Shown: positions 49,871 to 61,935 of the stretch, one piece after another
How positions within the stretch are numbered: position 1 is the stretch's first letter
Layout of the letters: each line of letters opens with the position of its first letter
Source: Tubiluchus corallicola
Taxonomy: Eukaryota > Animalia > Priapulida
Direction of reading: 5' to 3'
Length of the DNA stretch: 64,000 bases
Assembly (NCBI GenBank): GCA_030141605.1
Contig: JAQGDQ010002372.1
Span: forward strand, 761,694 to 825,693
Translations under genes and position numbers: made by a program
The notes under the pieces: generated by a model
Told to the model about the DNA's origin: nothing
Databases searched by the model: none
What the model saw: only the letters and a program-made list of their open reading frames with translations

Positions 49871-52312
49871 TTCTTTGGTTTCACGTGCGCTGAAACAACA
49901 TGTTATAAATACGTTCTCGGCGTTTCTCTTTTCCTTACGTACGCCATCACTTCCCGTTGCATTTTAAGACTGACAAATTGATTTATCATTTTATTGCTTT
50001 ATTGTGTTACTGAATTACTGAATAATGCATTACTCTCGCTGCTAGGTCTATAAGTTCGTGAAGCCATTTAATTAATACTCACCACAGTGTAATTATTTTC
50101 ATTTTGTTGACAGAATAATTAATTTCTATGCGGTTGCTATCCAGTTCTCCAAGAAGACTATTACTTTATTGTATTTTCAATGTCAGTTCATCTGAGTGGC
50201 TGGTGCTATTTTTCGTAATAGTATGCATACTTGTACATAAATATGACTTTTGTAATTTTAAGCTTACAACAGTGTTGCGGGCCTTACAGATGTACGAACC
50301 GTGAGGTCACACCAGGCCCGCAGCTTTAAGTGAAATAAATAAATCAAAAGAAAAGATTTTTATTGCTTATATGTACCTGCAATCATTGCATTAGCCGCTT
50401 ATGTTTATTTTTTATGTTTAAGTCTTCTATGTTTTAGTGTCCGCATATTTGTTTTTTTGTATACTTATAAACATTGTGTATTGCTGAACATTTTAACTGA
50501 AATTCCTAAGGCCTCTTATGATATAGTGTAAGTATTTGACAATGATAACAAGATAATAAGCAGTGATAGTAAAGGCTAGCTGGCCAGCTTAATTTTTATG
50601 CATTTACTAACATAAGAATAAATTGTCTCCTAAAATAAAAATGCTGTAGTTGAAAGTTTCAATACTAGGAATACGTGCATGTTAGGGGCTGGTGTGATTT
50701 TAAAAATATATGGTTGGTCATTTTTTCGGAAAGCCTGGAAGAAATAAATTACATCAGTTTACAGTTTTCGAAATTAGCTAAGTTAGTTCATTAAATTCCG
50801 CCCTCCAGTAACACAAGTTAAATTGACCATTAAAAAAGTTATCAAGTGACAGCTGTGTCAGAGTCCTAGTAACGTAGTGGCCCTCCGAAGTCACCTTGAT
50901 ACACCTCTTGTCTTCGTATTTCCCCCAACTGTTTCCATTTCAAATACAGGGCTTAAATTGAGAGTACGATAAAAAGGTTTCGGGTGAGGATTGCCAAAGA
51001 TTCCTGTAACAAGTGATTCCTTTAACTTAATGGCTTAGTTTAACATCTAGCAATACACAACGTTTTTCATTTCATTTAGAGGGGTTAAACTGAAAGTACG
51101 ATAAAAAAAAGTTTTCGAGTGAGGATTGTAAGACAAGTGATTTCTTTAACATAATCGGTTCCCGCTGAGGTCACCTTGATACACTTCGTCTCTTCGAATT
51201 TTCCCTAAATTTTCTGCCGAGCCTGATTAAATTTACAGGGCAAACCTCTTTCCAAATTAAGCTCCACACTCACGCACGTAGTTCACATCTGCCATTTCTC
51301 ACAACGCACGCGGAATTAGCAAGCGTGCATGGAAAAGTGATGTCACCTCTTAAGCAATTAATAATTAAATGAATAAGCTTGAATTTCCCTCACGGGATTC
51401 TTAAAAGTGCTTACTCACTTACTTATCATTTGTAAGAGATAAGCTTCGCTGCAACTGTTTGCGCTGCGTTTGCATCTCGTGCATGTTACATTCGAGAATA
51501 TTGTTGCTTCATACTGCTTTGTTGATTAGTTGGCTTCTTAAATTGGCAAATTGACATTGACATTACTTTGGGTGGTACCTACTGCTGCTAATAATGGTTC
51601 ACAAATTTTACGTAGCTTTTTTCACGTAAAATTGGACGTGTAGGCCAAAAATTCATTATTTTTCGTATAACGAGGTCGCCCTTGCGCGTGTAACGTGAAT
51701 TGCATAATTCCAAAGTGAAAAGCATATCGGGATAAAGTCAAATTAAAATAATATACATATATTTGTCGAATTATTGTTGCTATCTGGAAAAGTTTCAGAT
51801 ATATTATCTTACATAACGTGTATTGTCTGTAGATTAATTGAAATGTTTTTAAGATTTTGTTTTAACATTACTGTAACCCGTATTTTCAAAAGTTTTAGTC
51901 TAAATTACACCTTCATTGTTGTTTAACTTACTTAAACTGTATTGATATAGCAAATATTGTTTTAATTTACATTCTGAAGATGCCAAACGATTGCCGAAAT
52001 TTTGAAGATATAAATTCCGATTGTATCAATGAATGTAATTATATGTAATTAGTCAACATTTTCTACTTTGAACGAACTCACGTACAGGCAAAGAACTCTT
52101 TTCTTGTCAAAAATGGATATAACTGGATTTGATAGTCACTCTTCATATATAGTTAACTGCAGCTTGGGCAGCATGTGCGATAAAATTGAATTTTCGGCAA
52201 GAATTAGCGTATAATTGGTTTAGCAATGGTTTCAGTAAAAGGTGAAGCCGTAATAAGACTAATGGCTTCAGTTGCAGCTGCCATTACAGCAGTCACTGCT
52301 CAAATTCATGGC

Positions 52313-52504
52313 AGTGTCTTCAAGCATTGTCCATAGTAAAGTCAAATTCACGACGGTTGTGTGCTTCAAGCACTGTCCACAGTAGATTCATATTCACAAA
52401 TAACAAAGGTTGTGTGCTTCAAGCACTGTTCACGGTAAAGTCATATTCACAAATCACAATGATTGTGTGCTTCAAGCATTGTCCACAGCAGAGTCAAATT
52501 CACA
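52313..52504. repeat. Degenerate ~46-53-bp tandem repeat, 4 copies
   Basis: Unit GTGTGCTTCAAGCAYTGTCCACAGTARAGTCAWATTCAC… repeated four times. Confidence 0.85.
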
Positions 52505-52598
52505 TTGCTGTGAAAAACGGTGGTCTAGGAAACCTTACACTTTTACTGAGCATTTCGCTGTTTGTTGCAATGAAAAAGTCAGATTTATTGTCACTGAG

Positions 52599-52599
<1 letters not shown>

Positions 52600-52659
<60 letters not shown>
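52600..52659. repeat. (GAT)20 trinucleotide microsatellite
   Basis: Perfect GAT run; produces the poly-D, poly-M and poly-S ORFs in the track. Confidence 0.97.
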
Positions 52660-52660
<1 letters not shown>

Positions 52661-54291
52661 CCGCAGTTGTTATACTGCTATTGCCACTGCCTTTGCCCCC
52701 TACTACTGCTATTGCTCTCACTGTTACTGTTGGTACACCTCTGCTGGACTGGCAGTCCTGCTGTTTTGAGTCTTAGTGTTTGGTCCTCGTGTGTAATGAC
52801 CTGAATTTCTATTAGAAAAAATGTAGAAGCAAGCATGTTGTAGTAAAATTAACAGAGCTTAAGAAATCAAGAAATTTGCCAGTCATCCAAGAGCTTTCCT
52901 AAAAGACTCCCGTATGTCTAACAGGCAAAAGCAGTACTGTACCACACCTGATTAGGCCAATCATAAAATGCAAGGCTCTCAAATCAGAAATTGTAACAAA
53001 CTTTATGCTTATTGGCAACAAAAATAAATTTCAGTCTTCACCCATTTTTTTCAAACACAATTCATTTCAATATAAGTCATAATTAGATCAGCATTCATCG
53101 CAAAAGTGATCTCCTTTACTATATCAGCTAGTCGTATGTATGGTATGAACGTATTGTGAATTGGCTTCGTTGGCTCTATGCGACAAATCAAATATAGGAA
53201 TATACACTCAAGAGTATTTACTGAGCAAATATTAAGCATGGGCTGTATAACTGATCTCAATAATTGCTTTTGTCGTAAGGTTGTCAATTATCTCGGAAAA
53301 GAAAATGTTAACCAATATCACTGAAAAAGTGATCTGAAGAGATATAGGTTTCGGTTTACACTTATTGTCCTAAAATGGTCGTTGCAGGCTGAGCCTAACT
53401 GTAGGCAAATTTATACGATAGACGAATAGTTAAACCTAAGTAATTTATGAAAATGTAAAACATAATCAGTAACTTCTAAAAAAAATTCACGTCTTATGAA
53501 TACCGCAAAATGTCTTTTCACCACTACCCAATACTAGCAGATATTACAAGCGAAGCTTACTATAGTGACATCATTATGTAAATACAAAATACACACCGCA
53601 TTTTTTTAAGTAAAAAATTACTGAAAACGTCATTATCACTGCTTATTGCAACACGCATATGATCATACGGCGACATAAATTCCCGACATAGTTATAATTT
53701 TTATAAATATATTTCAGCAAGATAGAAATGTCATCTCGATTGCACAGAAGCTAAATTTTGACTTCAACACCTTGTAATCTGTACTTTGCAGTCTGTGTAG
53801 GGCATTGTGATTATTCGAGGTATGAAGCCGTGTCTACATTCCTGTTTCCGGTGACCTCGGGAAAAAGAGTTGAAAATAATAAGATAGCAACGCGTGACTG
53901 ACTGTCCCTTAAGCACAGCTCCAATTTAAGATATTCTGTTTGCTTAGAAGAAACCCTAGCTTTACTTACTGTCGCTATTGTAATATATCTATGATCAAAC
54001 ACAAAGCAGCTCAGCGTTTGACCACAGTTAGACATAACACAGTTCTAATCTGACACGTAGTTAGACATTAGTGTTCATGCTAAATCAAGCATACATAGAA
54101 TATACATGCCATATAGCATAATTTTACTTATTTGTTTGAAGTTTTACTTCAGCACTTTAGTATATTGGAAAGTTTATGTACATTCAATAATAATAATTGC
54201 TTCTGTTTTTGTGTGCATAATAAGTTTTGTAACATTGTATTATATTAATCATGATATTACGATGTTTATTCATTTTTTTAAATTTCTGCAG

Positions 54292-57200
54292 GTGCTCACA
54301 GTCATCAAGGAAAACCCAAATATTTGCAAGCAAATTCACCTGCCAGCACAGAGTGGAAACTCAACAGTATTGACTGCAATGCGCAGAGGATACACTAGAG
54401 ACACCTATATAGACTTAGTCCATCATATTCGAAGTATTCTGCCAGGTAACTGTTATTGTCTGTTCATAGGTTATTGTGTTATGTTACAGTGTCTTAATGG
54501 CAGTGTGGTTTATCATATCACATTCACAGTATGCTGGCCTAAAATCTGGACTATTGTGTTTCTTTCACAAATTTGTTAAGTAATATTAATTTGCTGTTAT
54601 ATATGTTCTTATATTCATTTTTAATCATAATTAAAACATATTTTGTTGTGAAATAAATGAGTTACTAATAATAACTAATAATAATAAATAATAATTATTT
54701 AAATTCACCAGCCTAGAACAATAATGATAGTAAAGTGGTTAGTCATTTCTAAAACAACTTTTGATAATTTTTTCCACAAATTCTTTTCGTTTTTGCAGAA
54801 CAAAATGACTTTATAGGAAAAAAACATTTATTAAGTTTTAAACGAACCGTTAAAGAACTCGTATGTGTGTGTGTTACTTCTTAACATGGCTTCAAATTTT
54901 GTAATCGTATGTGTGTGTTACTTCTTAACATGGCTTCAAATTTTGTAATCGTATGTGTGTGTGTTACTTCTTAACATGGCTTCAAATTTTGTAATCGTAT
55001 GTGTGTGTTACTTCTTAACATGGCTTCAAATTTTGTAATCGTATGTGTGAGTTACTTCTTAACATGGCTTCAAATTTTGTAATCGTATGTGTGTGTTACT
55101 TCTTAACATGGCTTCAAATTTTGTAATCGTATGTGAGTGTTACTTCTTAACATGGCTTCAAATTTTCTAATGTCTTTTTCAGGTGTTTTTTTATCAAGTG
55201 ACTTCATCTGTGGTTTTTGTAACGAGACTGAAGAGGCTCACGAAGACACGCTGTCGCTTATTCGGCTAGTCAAATACAATTTTTGCTACATGTTTCCATT
55301 TAGTTTGAGAAAGGTGGGTGAAAAAATGAAGAAAAACAGAGAAATGTAGAGATTGGCTAGAAGTATGAAGTGTTTTACGGTTGCCAACACCCGACCACTT
55401 AAGTATGACTGACTCGTAGTGTCACTTGTTTGGCAACTCGTTATCTTAATTTAGTGTTTATGAATTTATTTAAAAGCACTGATTAGCAGGGCCTATTTCA
55501 TGGGGCGGGGGAGTGGGGATACTTCCCTGGGCCCTCACCCTCCAGGGGGGCCTCACACCAAGGTAACATTTTTTTCTTTATGCGAACATACTGCCTCTTC
55601 TCTCTCTCTTGCCGCACGCGCGCCGTTTGCCAGTATTGACAAGTATTAAGGACTGGTCTTGAGAATAAAGCAGTTTTTCTTTCAACTGTTCTTTCCTTTA
55701 ACAACTGTATAACTCCATATTTTCTCTTCGAAAAAAATGCTTCTCCGGCGTTCTAGCAGTTCAAAAATTTTCTGCACGCCAACCATGATGGCACCCATGC
55801 CCCGGCGCTTCATGCCACCCCCCCCCCCCCAAGGGGGCCTCACATGCCCCACTTCCCCGGGCCTAGCTTAGGCTGAAATAGGCCCTGCTGATTGGCACCG
55901 ATTTGTGATGAAGATCGGGTGAGAAAAATGTGAGCAGAATTTCAAAGATTATTGTACAGGCATTACAGACATTTTCAGTTTTAATATTTTCTTGTAGAAG
56001 ACTCATGCATATCACAAGCTAGAAGACAACGTGCCGCAACACGTCAAGGTTCGTCGGATGCAGGAAATTCTTGATTGTTTTCGACAAGAAGCAGAGAAGT
56101 TGAATGCGCAGCTTGTTGGCTCTGAACAGCTGGTGTTAATTGAAGGAGTAAGTTGATTTTAGTAGGTGATTCAAAAAAAAATAAGAAAAACAAACCGTGG
56201 CTGCCTTAACCTAGAATGACCCAGAATTCTTTCATACATTAGCTTTATTCATTTTTTATTTTACGTAGTTAGTTAGTTAGCTAGTTATATTAGTTAGTTA
56301 GTCAGTCAGTTAGTCAGTTACTGTATATAGTTATGTACAAGTCGAATTTTTGGGAGGCGATTTTAAGGTGAAATTTTTGGGGTCGACTTATACTTACGAT
56401 ATGTTTTTTGACTTGTACCACCACTTTGCATTAGTTTACCCAGTTGCTGTGGTTGTGACTTGTACCACCACTTTGCATTAGTTTACTGTGATACACGCGT
56501 ATAGTGTGCTATTTTAAAATGTGCTGATGAAGTCTGTTGTTCTTTTACCAGACAAGTAAACGATCACAACAAGATTTATTCGGCAGAAATGACGGCGGTA
56601 CTAAAGTCATTGTACCTGACGTTGAGGTGCCCCTAGGAGTTTCCACTGAAATTCACAAACGACTAAAACCAGGAGATTATGTTGTAGTGCACGTAAGTGT
56701 TTTGTGAAATTTTTGTTGACAGTTAAGTAACATTAAACCTGTTCTGTTCTGAGCTAGAGAAACAGAGTTAATATTCATCTCTTGCTTACTGTTGAAGTTT
56801 GAACTTGTATCAGTAATTTATTGTTAAAAACTTGAACTTAAAAATTATTACTAAGAGTTGAAACTTTTCCCACTTAAACATTATCAGTGTTTTTGATCAA
56901 GCAGAAGACCTTTTATGGCATTTCATTAAAAAAAGAGCTTACATGTACCTCGCATAGGATATGAGAAAGAGCTTACATGTACCTCACATAGGATATGAGA
57001 AAGAGCTTACATGTACCTCGCATAGGATATGAGAAAGAGCTTACATGTACCTCGCATAGGATATGAGAAAGTGCTTACATGTACCTCGCATAGGATATGA
57101 GAAAGAGCTTACATGTACCTCGCATAGGATATGAGAAAGAGCTTACATGTACCTCGCATAGGATATGAGAAAGAGCTTACATGTACCTCACATAGGATAT

Positions 57201-58588
57201 GAGAAAGAGCTTACATGTACCTCGCATAGGATATGAGAAAGAGCTTACATGTACCTCGCATAGGATATGAGAAAGAGCTTACATGTACCTCGCATAGGAT
57301 ATGAGAAAGAGCTTACATGTACCTCACATAGGATATGAGAAAGAGCTTACATGTACCTCACATAGGATATGAGAAAGAGCTTACATGTACCTCACATAGG
57401 ATATGAGAAAGATCTTACATGTACCTCACATAGGATATGAGAAAGAGCTTACATGTACCTCGTGTAGTATATGAGAAAGAGCTTACATGTACCTCGCATA
57501 GGATATGAGAAAGAGCTTACATGTACCTCACATAGGATATGAGAAAGAGCTTACATGTACCTCACATAGGATATGAGAAAGAGCTTACATGTACCTCGTG
57601 TAGGATATGAGAAAGAGCTTACATGTACCTCGTGTAGTATATGAGAAAGAGCTTACATGTACCTCGCATAGGATATGAGAAAGAGCTTACATGTACCTCA
57701 CATAGGATATGAGAAAGAGCTTACATGTACCTCGCATAGGATATGAGAAAGAGCTTACATGTACCTCACATAGGATATGAGAAAGAGCTTACATGTACCT
57801 CGCATAGGATATGAGAAAGAGCTTACATGTACCTCACATAGGATATGAGAAAGAGCTTACATGTACCTCGTGTAGGATATGAGAAAGAGCTTACATGTAC
57901 CTCGCATAGGATATGAGAAAGAGCTTACATGTACCTCGCATAGGATATGAGAAAGAGCTTACATGTACCTCGTGTAGTATATGAGAAAGAGCTTACATGT
58001 ACCTTGTGTAGTATATGAGAAAGAGCTTACATGTACCTCTTGTAGTATATGAGAAAGAGCTTACATGTACCTCACATAGGATATGAGACACTCTAAATAT
58101 CGAGATTACTTTTTCAAAATAACTGGCACTGAAGACCTAAATAAAATCAACATTACAGTATTCATCTGATGGTTTAAGTCTGTGTGCATCTACACTAATA
58201 CTACAATTTTGTTCTGAATTGCATAAAGAAAGAACCAAGATGTTACTTGTATGTATGTACAAATGCTGGTTTATCCATTGAGACCAAGAAATCTCTAAAA
58301 TTGCATTGTGAATTTATAGCCTTGTTTTGAAGCACCTAACTCTGTAATGTGATTCCTTATTTAAAGTGTTTGTAAGGAAAACATGGAAGCTGGAGACATT
58401 TTTTGTCTGGCTACATTTACAACAATTTGTAATGAAAACTGTTACATTTGCAGGTGAATTCGTCTACATCACAGGTACTGAAAGCAACACCTATGTTTCA
58501 CACGACTTTGCAGGATTATTCAAGACAAAGCTATTGCAAGGAGATCTATGCATCCTATCAAACCTACATGAAGAGTAGCATTCGGTGA
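54292..58588 (+). CDS. CDK5RAP1: CDK5RAP1 mitochondrial tRNA methylthiotransferase (MiaB family): end of radical-SAM core plus TRAM domain; 5' exons not found in the window
   Basis: GT-AG exons splice in frame: 54292-54445 ([36 protein letters not shown]), 55183-55313 ([20 protein letters not shown]), 55998-56147 ([13 protein letters not shown]...QLVLIEG), 56552-56692 ([19 protein letters not shown]...PGDYVVV), 58454-58588 (SSTSQVLK...stop). HLPAQSG and DFIxGF are MiaB/UPF0004 motifs. Confidence 0.94.
54860..55171. repeat. 44/46-bp minisatellite, 7 copies, intronic
   Basis: Unit CGTA(TG)4-5TTACTTCTTAACATGGCTTCAAATTTTGTAAT starts at 54860, 54906, 54950, 54996, 55040, 55084 and 55128. Confidence 0.95.
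55487..55887. mobile_element. hAT-type MITE (401 bp) in a CDK5RAP1 intron
   Basis: Perfect 14-bp TIR CAGGGCCTATTTCA / TGAAATAGGCCCTG; 8-bp target duplication CTGATTAG / CTGATTGG (7 of 8 match). Confidence 0.92.
56933..58088. repeat. 34-bp minisatellite, 34 copies, in the last CDK5RAP1 intron
   Basis: Unit AGAGCTTACATGTACCTCGCATAGGATATGAGAA. ACATGT recurs every 34 bp from 56941 to 58063. Confidence 0.97.
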
Positions 58589-58970
58589 CATTACGTCGGA
58601 CTAGATCTGCAATAGCATAGCTGGTCTAATCTTTAATCTTTCAAGAATCTAGACAAAATTGCTTATGGTCACAATCAAAGGTTGATAAAATAGTTAATAT
58701 AAAATTAGTGTCCATCTTTGTCTCTGAAGGTGCCTAAAGTAGATTCACATTTTTTAGTCATCTTAAATATCGAAATTTCTTAAATTGTATAATTTCCTGA
58801 CAGATCTGCCATTTTTAAATTCGTCTGTATCATTTGAATTGAGCTGTTCGATCATTAAACTGAATTGGTTTTTGGATTTTCAAAATCAATGACAAAAAGT
58901 GACAAAATGTGGCTAATTATTATGATTACATGTACAATATTGATATAATTATTAAATAAAAACTTAATTT

Positions 58971-58974
<4 letters not shown>

Positions 58975-59011
<37 letters not shown>
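58975..59011. repeat. (TA)n microsatellite just after a candidate CDK5RAP1 poly(A) signal
   Basis: TA run; AATAAA at ~58955. Confidence 0.85.
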
Positions 59012-59013
<2 letters not shown>

Positions 59014-59670
59014 TGATATAATTTTCATGCCTTGCAAAATTTATTGCAGGTATTGGTGCTGTATGAAGTGTCTATTGCATTTTAGAAAATAATCTACAAA
59101 TGTTCAGTAATGCAATTACACATTGAGGTGCAAAATATATTTCTTGTGCGTAACTTATACTTAAAAAAGACATAAAACAGATTACTTCTGTAAGCATTAC
59201 ATTTTAATATGTTATATCACAAGTAAAACAAGTAACATTTAGTTTCCATGTTAATTGTTGTAATTACACACCCCTGTCAGAATTTTTAATAGTAGTGACT
59301 ATAATTTGCATAATATATCATGGTGCTTTTTAATTTTTAAATAACAGTATATAATGACGTAAAAATAGTTTCATTTCAACTGATGTTTTCATCCATTTGT
59401 TAACTGCTATCACCACAGATAATTTACTATAATTATTAATTAACAGATTTACTGAAATCTGAGTCGAGTCACAACTGTTACCACAGACTATGCTTAATAT
59501 CAAACCCGGTTAACGTCTATTTACAAAGACCTTTGAAAGTAATATTTAAAATCATGCAAATTTGAACATCTGCAAATTCACAAGTTAACAAAGTTTCACC
59601 AATGTGTCGTGACATTAGTAGCGAAAGCAACGCAGTAAATTCTACAAAACTAGATTTTGTATAATCATAT

Positions 59671-60133
59671 CAGTGGAGGCTTGTGTATAGGCACTACGGA
59701 ACTGCAGCAGCCCCTGTTTTCACTCGATATTAGTGATAACATTCAACATAATGTGTCTTTCTTTCTTTATTTCTTTCTTTATATTTGTACATTATATAAT
59801 TCTTAAGTCTAATGTAAGTAGCCATTTCCTAGTCCATGGAAAAATTACAAAATCCTTGTTCGGAACTGTGTGCTTCATAGTTCCAGCGACGTGGTGTTTG
59901 GCCGTTCTGTGCATGCGGGCATGAGAACATGCCTGAGATAAGAAGCCGCACGCTAAGTAGAGAAAGCACTGTCTCTCATGCAGTGCCGACCCTGTTGTGC
60001 AAGTGTAAGGTAGTGTTTCTTTTTGACTAAATTTTGTTTTTATATGTTTGTCTCATTTTACACAGTATTAAAACATTGGTTAAAAATTTTCTGAAGCAGC
60101 GTCCACAACAATTTTAACTACAAGCCTCTACTG
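59671..60133. mobile_element. hAT-like MITE
   Basis: TIR CAGTGGAGGCTTGT / ACAAGCCTCTACTG (1 mismatch); the target duplication is not preserved. Confidence 0.7.
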
Positions 60134-60328
60134 AACAGCATTGTATTCATTAACAATCAGTAAGCCTAACAATTAACTCAACCAAATATAAAATTCCAGC
60201 AAGAAATTCAGTTACATTCAGTTAAAACGGCACATTTTAAAATTATTTACTGCGAACATTAATTACTACAGTCTCCACTCATATGTTATTGTAGGTGAGA
60301 TTGAAAATTTTTTACATATAATTTACAG

Positions 60329-60696
60329 CAGGAGTGTCCAACATACGGCCCGCGGGCCAGAATCCGGCCCGCCATGCGTTTCTATCCGGCCCGCAAAGTT
60401 TCTCTTATTTGGTCAAAATTTAATAGACAGCTGCACTTGTGACCCAACTATCAGATTTGCCGGTCGTCAACAATCCATGAAGGTCACAGTCATTAACAAA
60501 CAAAAGCAGTGCCAGATTTCACATTAAACTGATCAAAAGCATGAACTTACAAGACTGTCTCTTCTAGCTTAAATGTAACATAAAATGTATTTTGTGCTTC
60601 ATTGTCTTTTTGTGGTTGTGAAATTGCTAATCCGGCCCGCAACTACTTTGAAGGTTGTACACTTGGCCCTCAGTTCAAAAAGGTTGGACACCCCTG
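60329..60696. mobile_element. hAT (Charlie-type) MITE, 368 bp
   Basis: TIR CAGGAGTGTCCAA / TTGGACACCCCTG, repeated CGGCCCGC subterminal motifs, and a perfect 8-bp TSD ATTTACAG (60321-60328 and 60697-60704). Confidence 0.93.
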
Positions 60697-61326
60697 ATTT
60701 ACAGGTATGTGATTTTCAATTCTACTGTTGGCTACAAGTAACTTTGAAAAGCTCAAGTAGACTAAAAAAATGTAAAAATATTTTACATACAGATTTAATG
60801 CCACCCTTGACACTTATGTAAAAAATAGTTTAGTGAAAACAACTTACATATCTATGTTTTTCGTTGCTGTTCCTCATTATTATACAGTTATGCTTAATAT
60901 TGACCATTTACACATTCAAATAACCTGTAAAACTTTACTTAAGGAAGATGTTATCTGCTTCACTCAAATTTGTGCATGAAAAAACCTAAAAAGCTACTGT
61001 AAATAGCTACAATAGCTACTAAAAGTACCACAAATACAGTTACATAAATAATATAGGGAAATAGAAAGAAATTGCAAAAAAACTATAGTAATTAACTTCA
61101 TTAATTTTAGGTGTAAAATAAGATGCAGGCATAATAATAGTACAGATGAAACTTAAAAGCCACTATCATGTCGTCATAGTGACATAGAGAGGAAAAGACA
61201 AGAGTGTAATGCAGGTTAACAGGTCAGTCAATTACTAAAAATTGTAATTTGCATTATTTTTTGCTTAATCTAGCTCAGTTTTTAACTTTTCAAGTAAAAC
61301 ATGATAGCTGACTTAATACTCATGAA

Positions 61327-61935
61327 TGTGTATATCATTCTAAGCTATTTACTTTATAGATAACATTTTATCTAAAACTATTTGCCAAATAGCTAGCTAC
61401 AATGTATATCTTCACAAACAGTAACTTTGTGTATATCATTCTAAGCGATTTACTTTATAGATAACATTTTAGCTAAAACTATTTGTCAAATAGCTAGCTA
61501 CAATGTATATCTTCACAAACAATAACTTTTGTGTATATCATTCTAAGCTATTTACTTTATAGATAACATTTTAGCTAAAACTATTTGCGAAATAGCTAGC
61601 TATAATGTATATCTTCACAAACAATAACTTTTGTGTATATCATTCTAAGCTATTTACTTTATAGATAACATTTTAGCTAAAACTATTTGCGAAATAGCTA
61701 GCTACAATGTATATCTTCACAAACAATAACTTTTGTGTATATCATTCTAAGCTATTTACTTTATAGATAACATTTTAGCTAAAACTATTTGCGAAATAGC
61801 TAGCTACAATGTTTATCTTCACAAACAATAACTTTGTGTATATCATTCTAAGCTATTTACTTTATAGATAACATTTTAGCTAAAACTATTTGCGAAATAG
61901 CTAGCTACAATGTATATCTTCACAAACAATAACTT
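61327..61935. repeat. 101-102-bp tandem repeat, 6 near-identical copies
   Basis: TATATCATTC recurs at 61331, 61432, 61534, 61636, 61738 and 61839. Confidence 0.95.

Noticed and set aside
52327-52776. Poly-Asp ORF as the missing acidic last exon of Acl4
   Set aside because: The acidic run is a pure (GAT)20 microsatellite. The flanking residues show no Acl4-like helix, and I found no good phase-0 acceptor entering that frame close to the run.
54106-54579. 157-aa ORF as a standalone membrane protein
   Set aside because: Only 54292-54445 is coding (a CDK5RAP1 exon). The hydrophobic flanks are T-rich intron read-through.
56933-58088. CRISPR-like array of ~34-bp repeats
   Set aside because: The units are head-to-tail with no unique spacers, there are no cas genes, and the array lies in a eukaryotic intron. 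It is a minisatellite.
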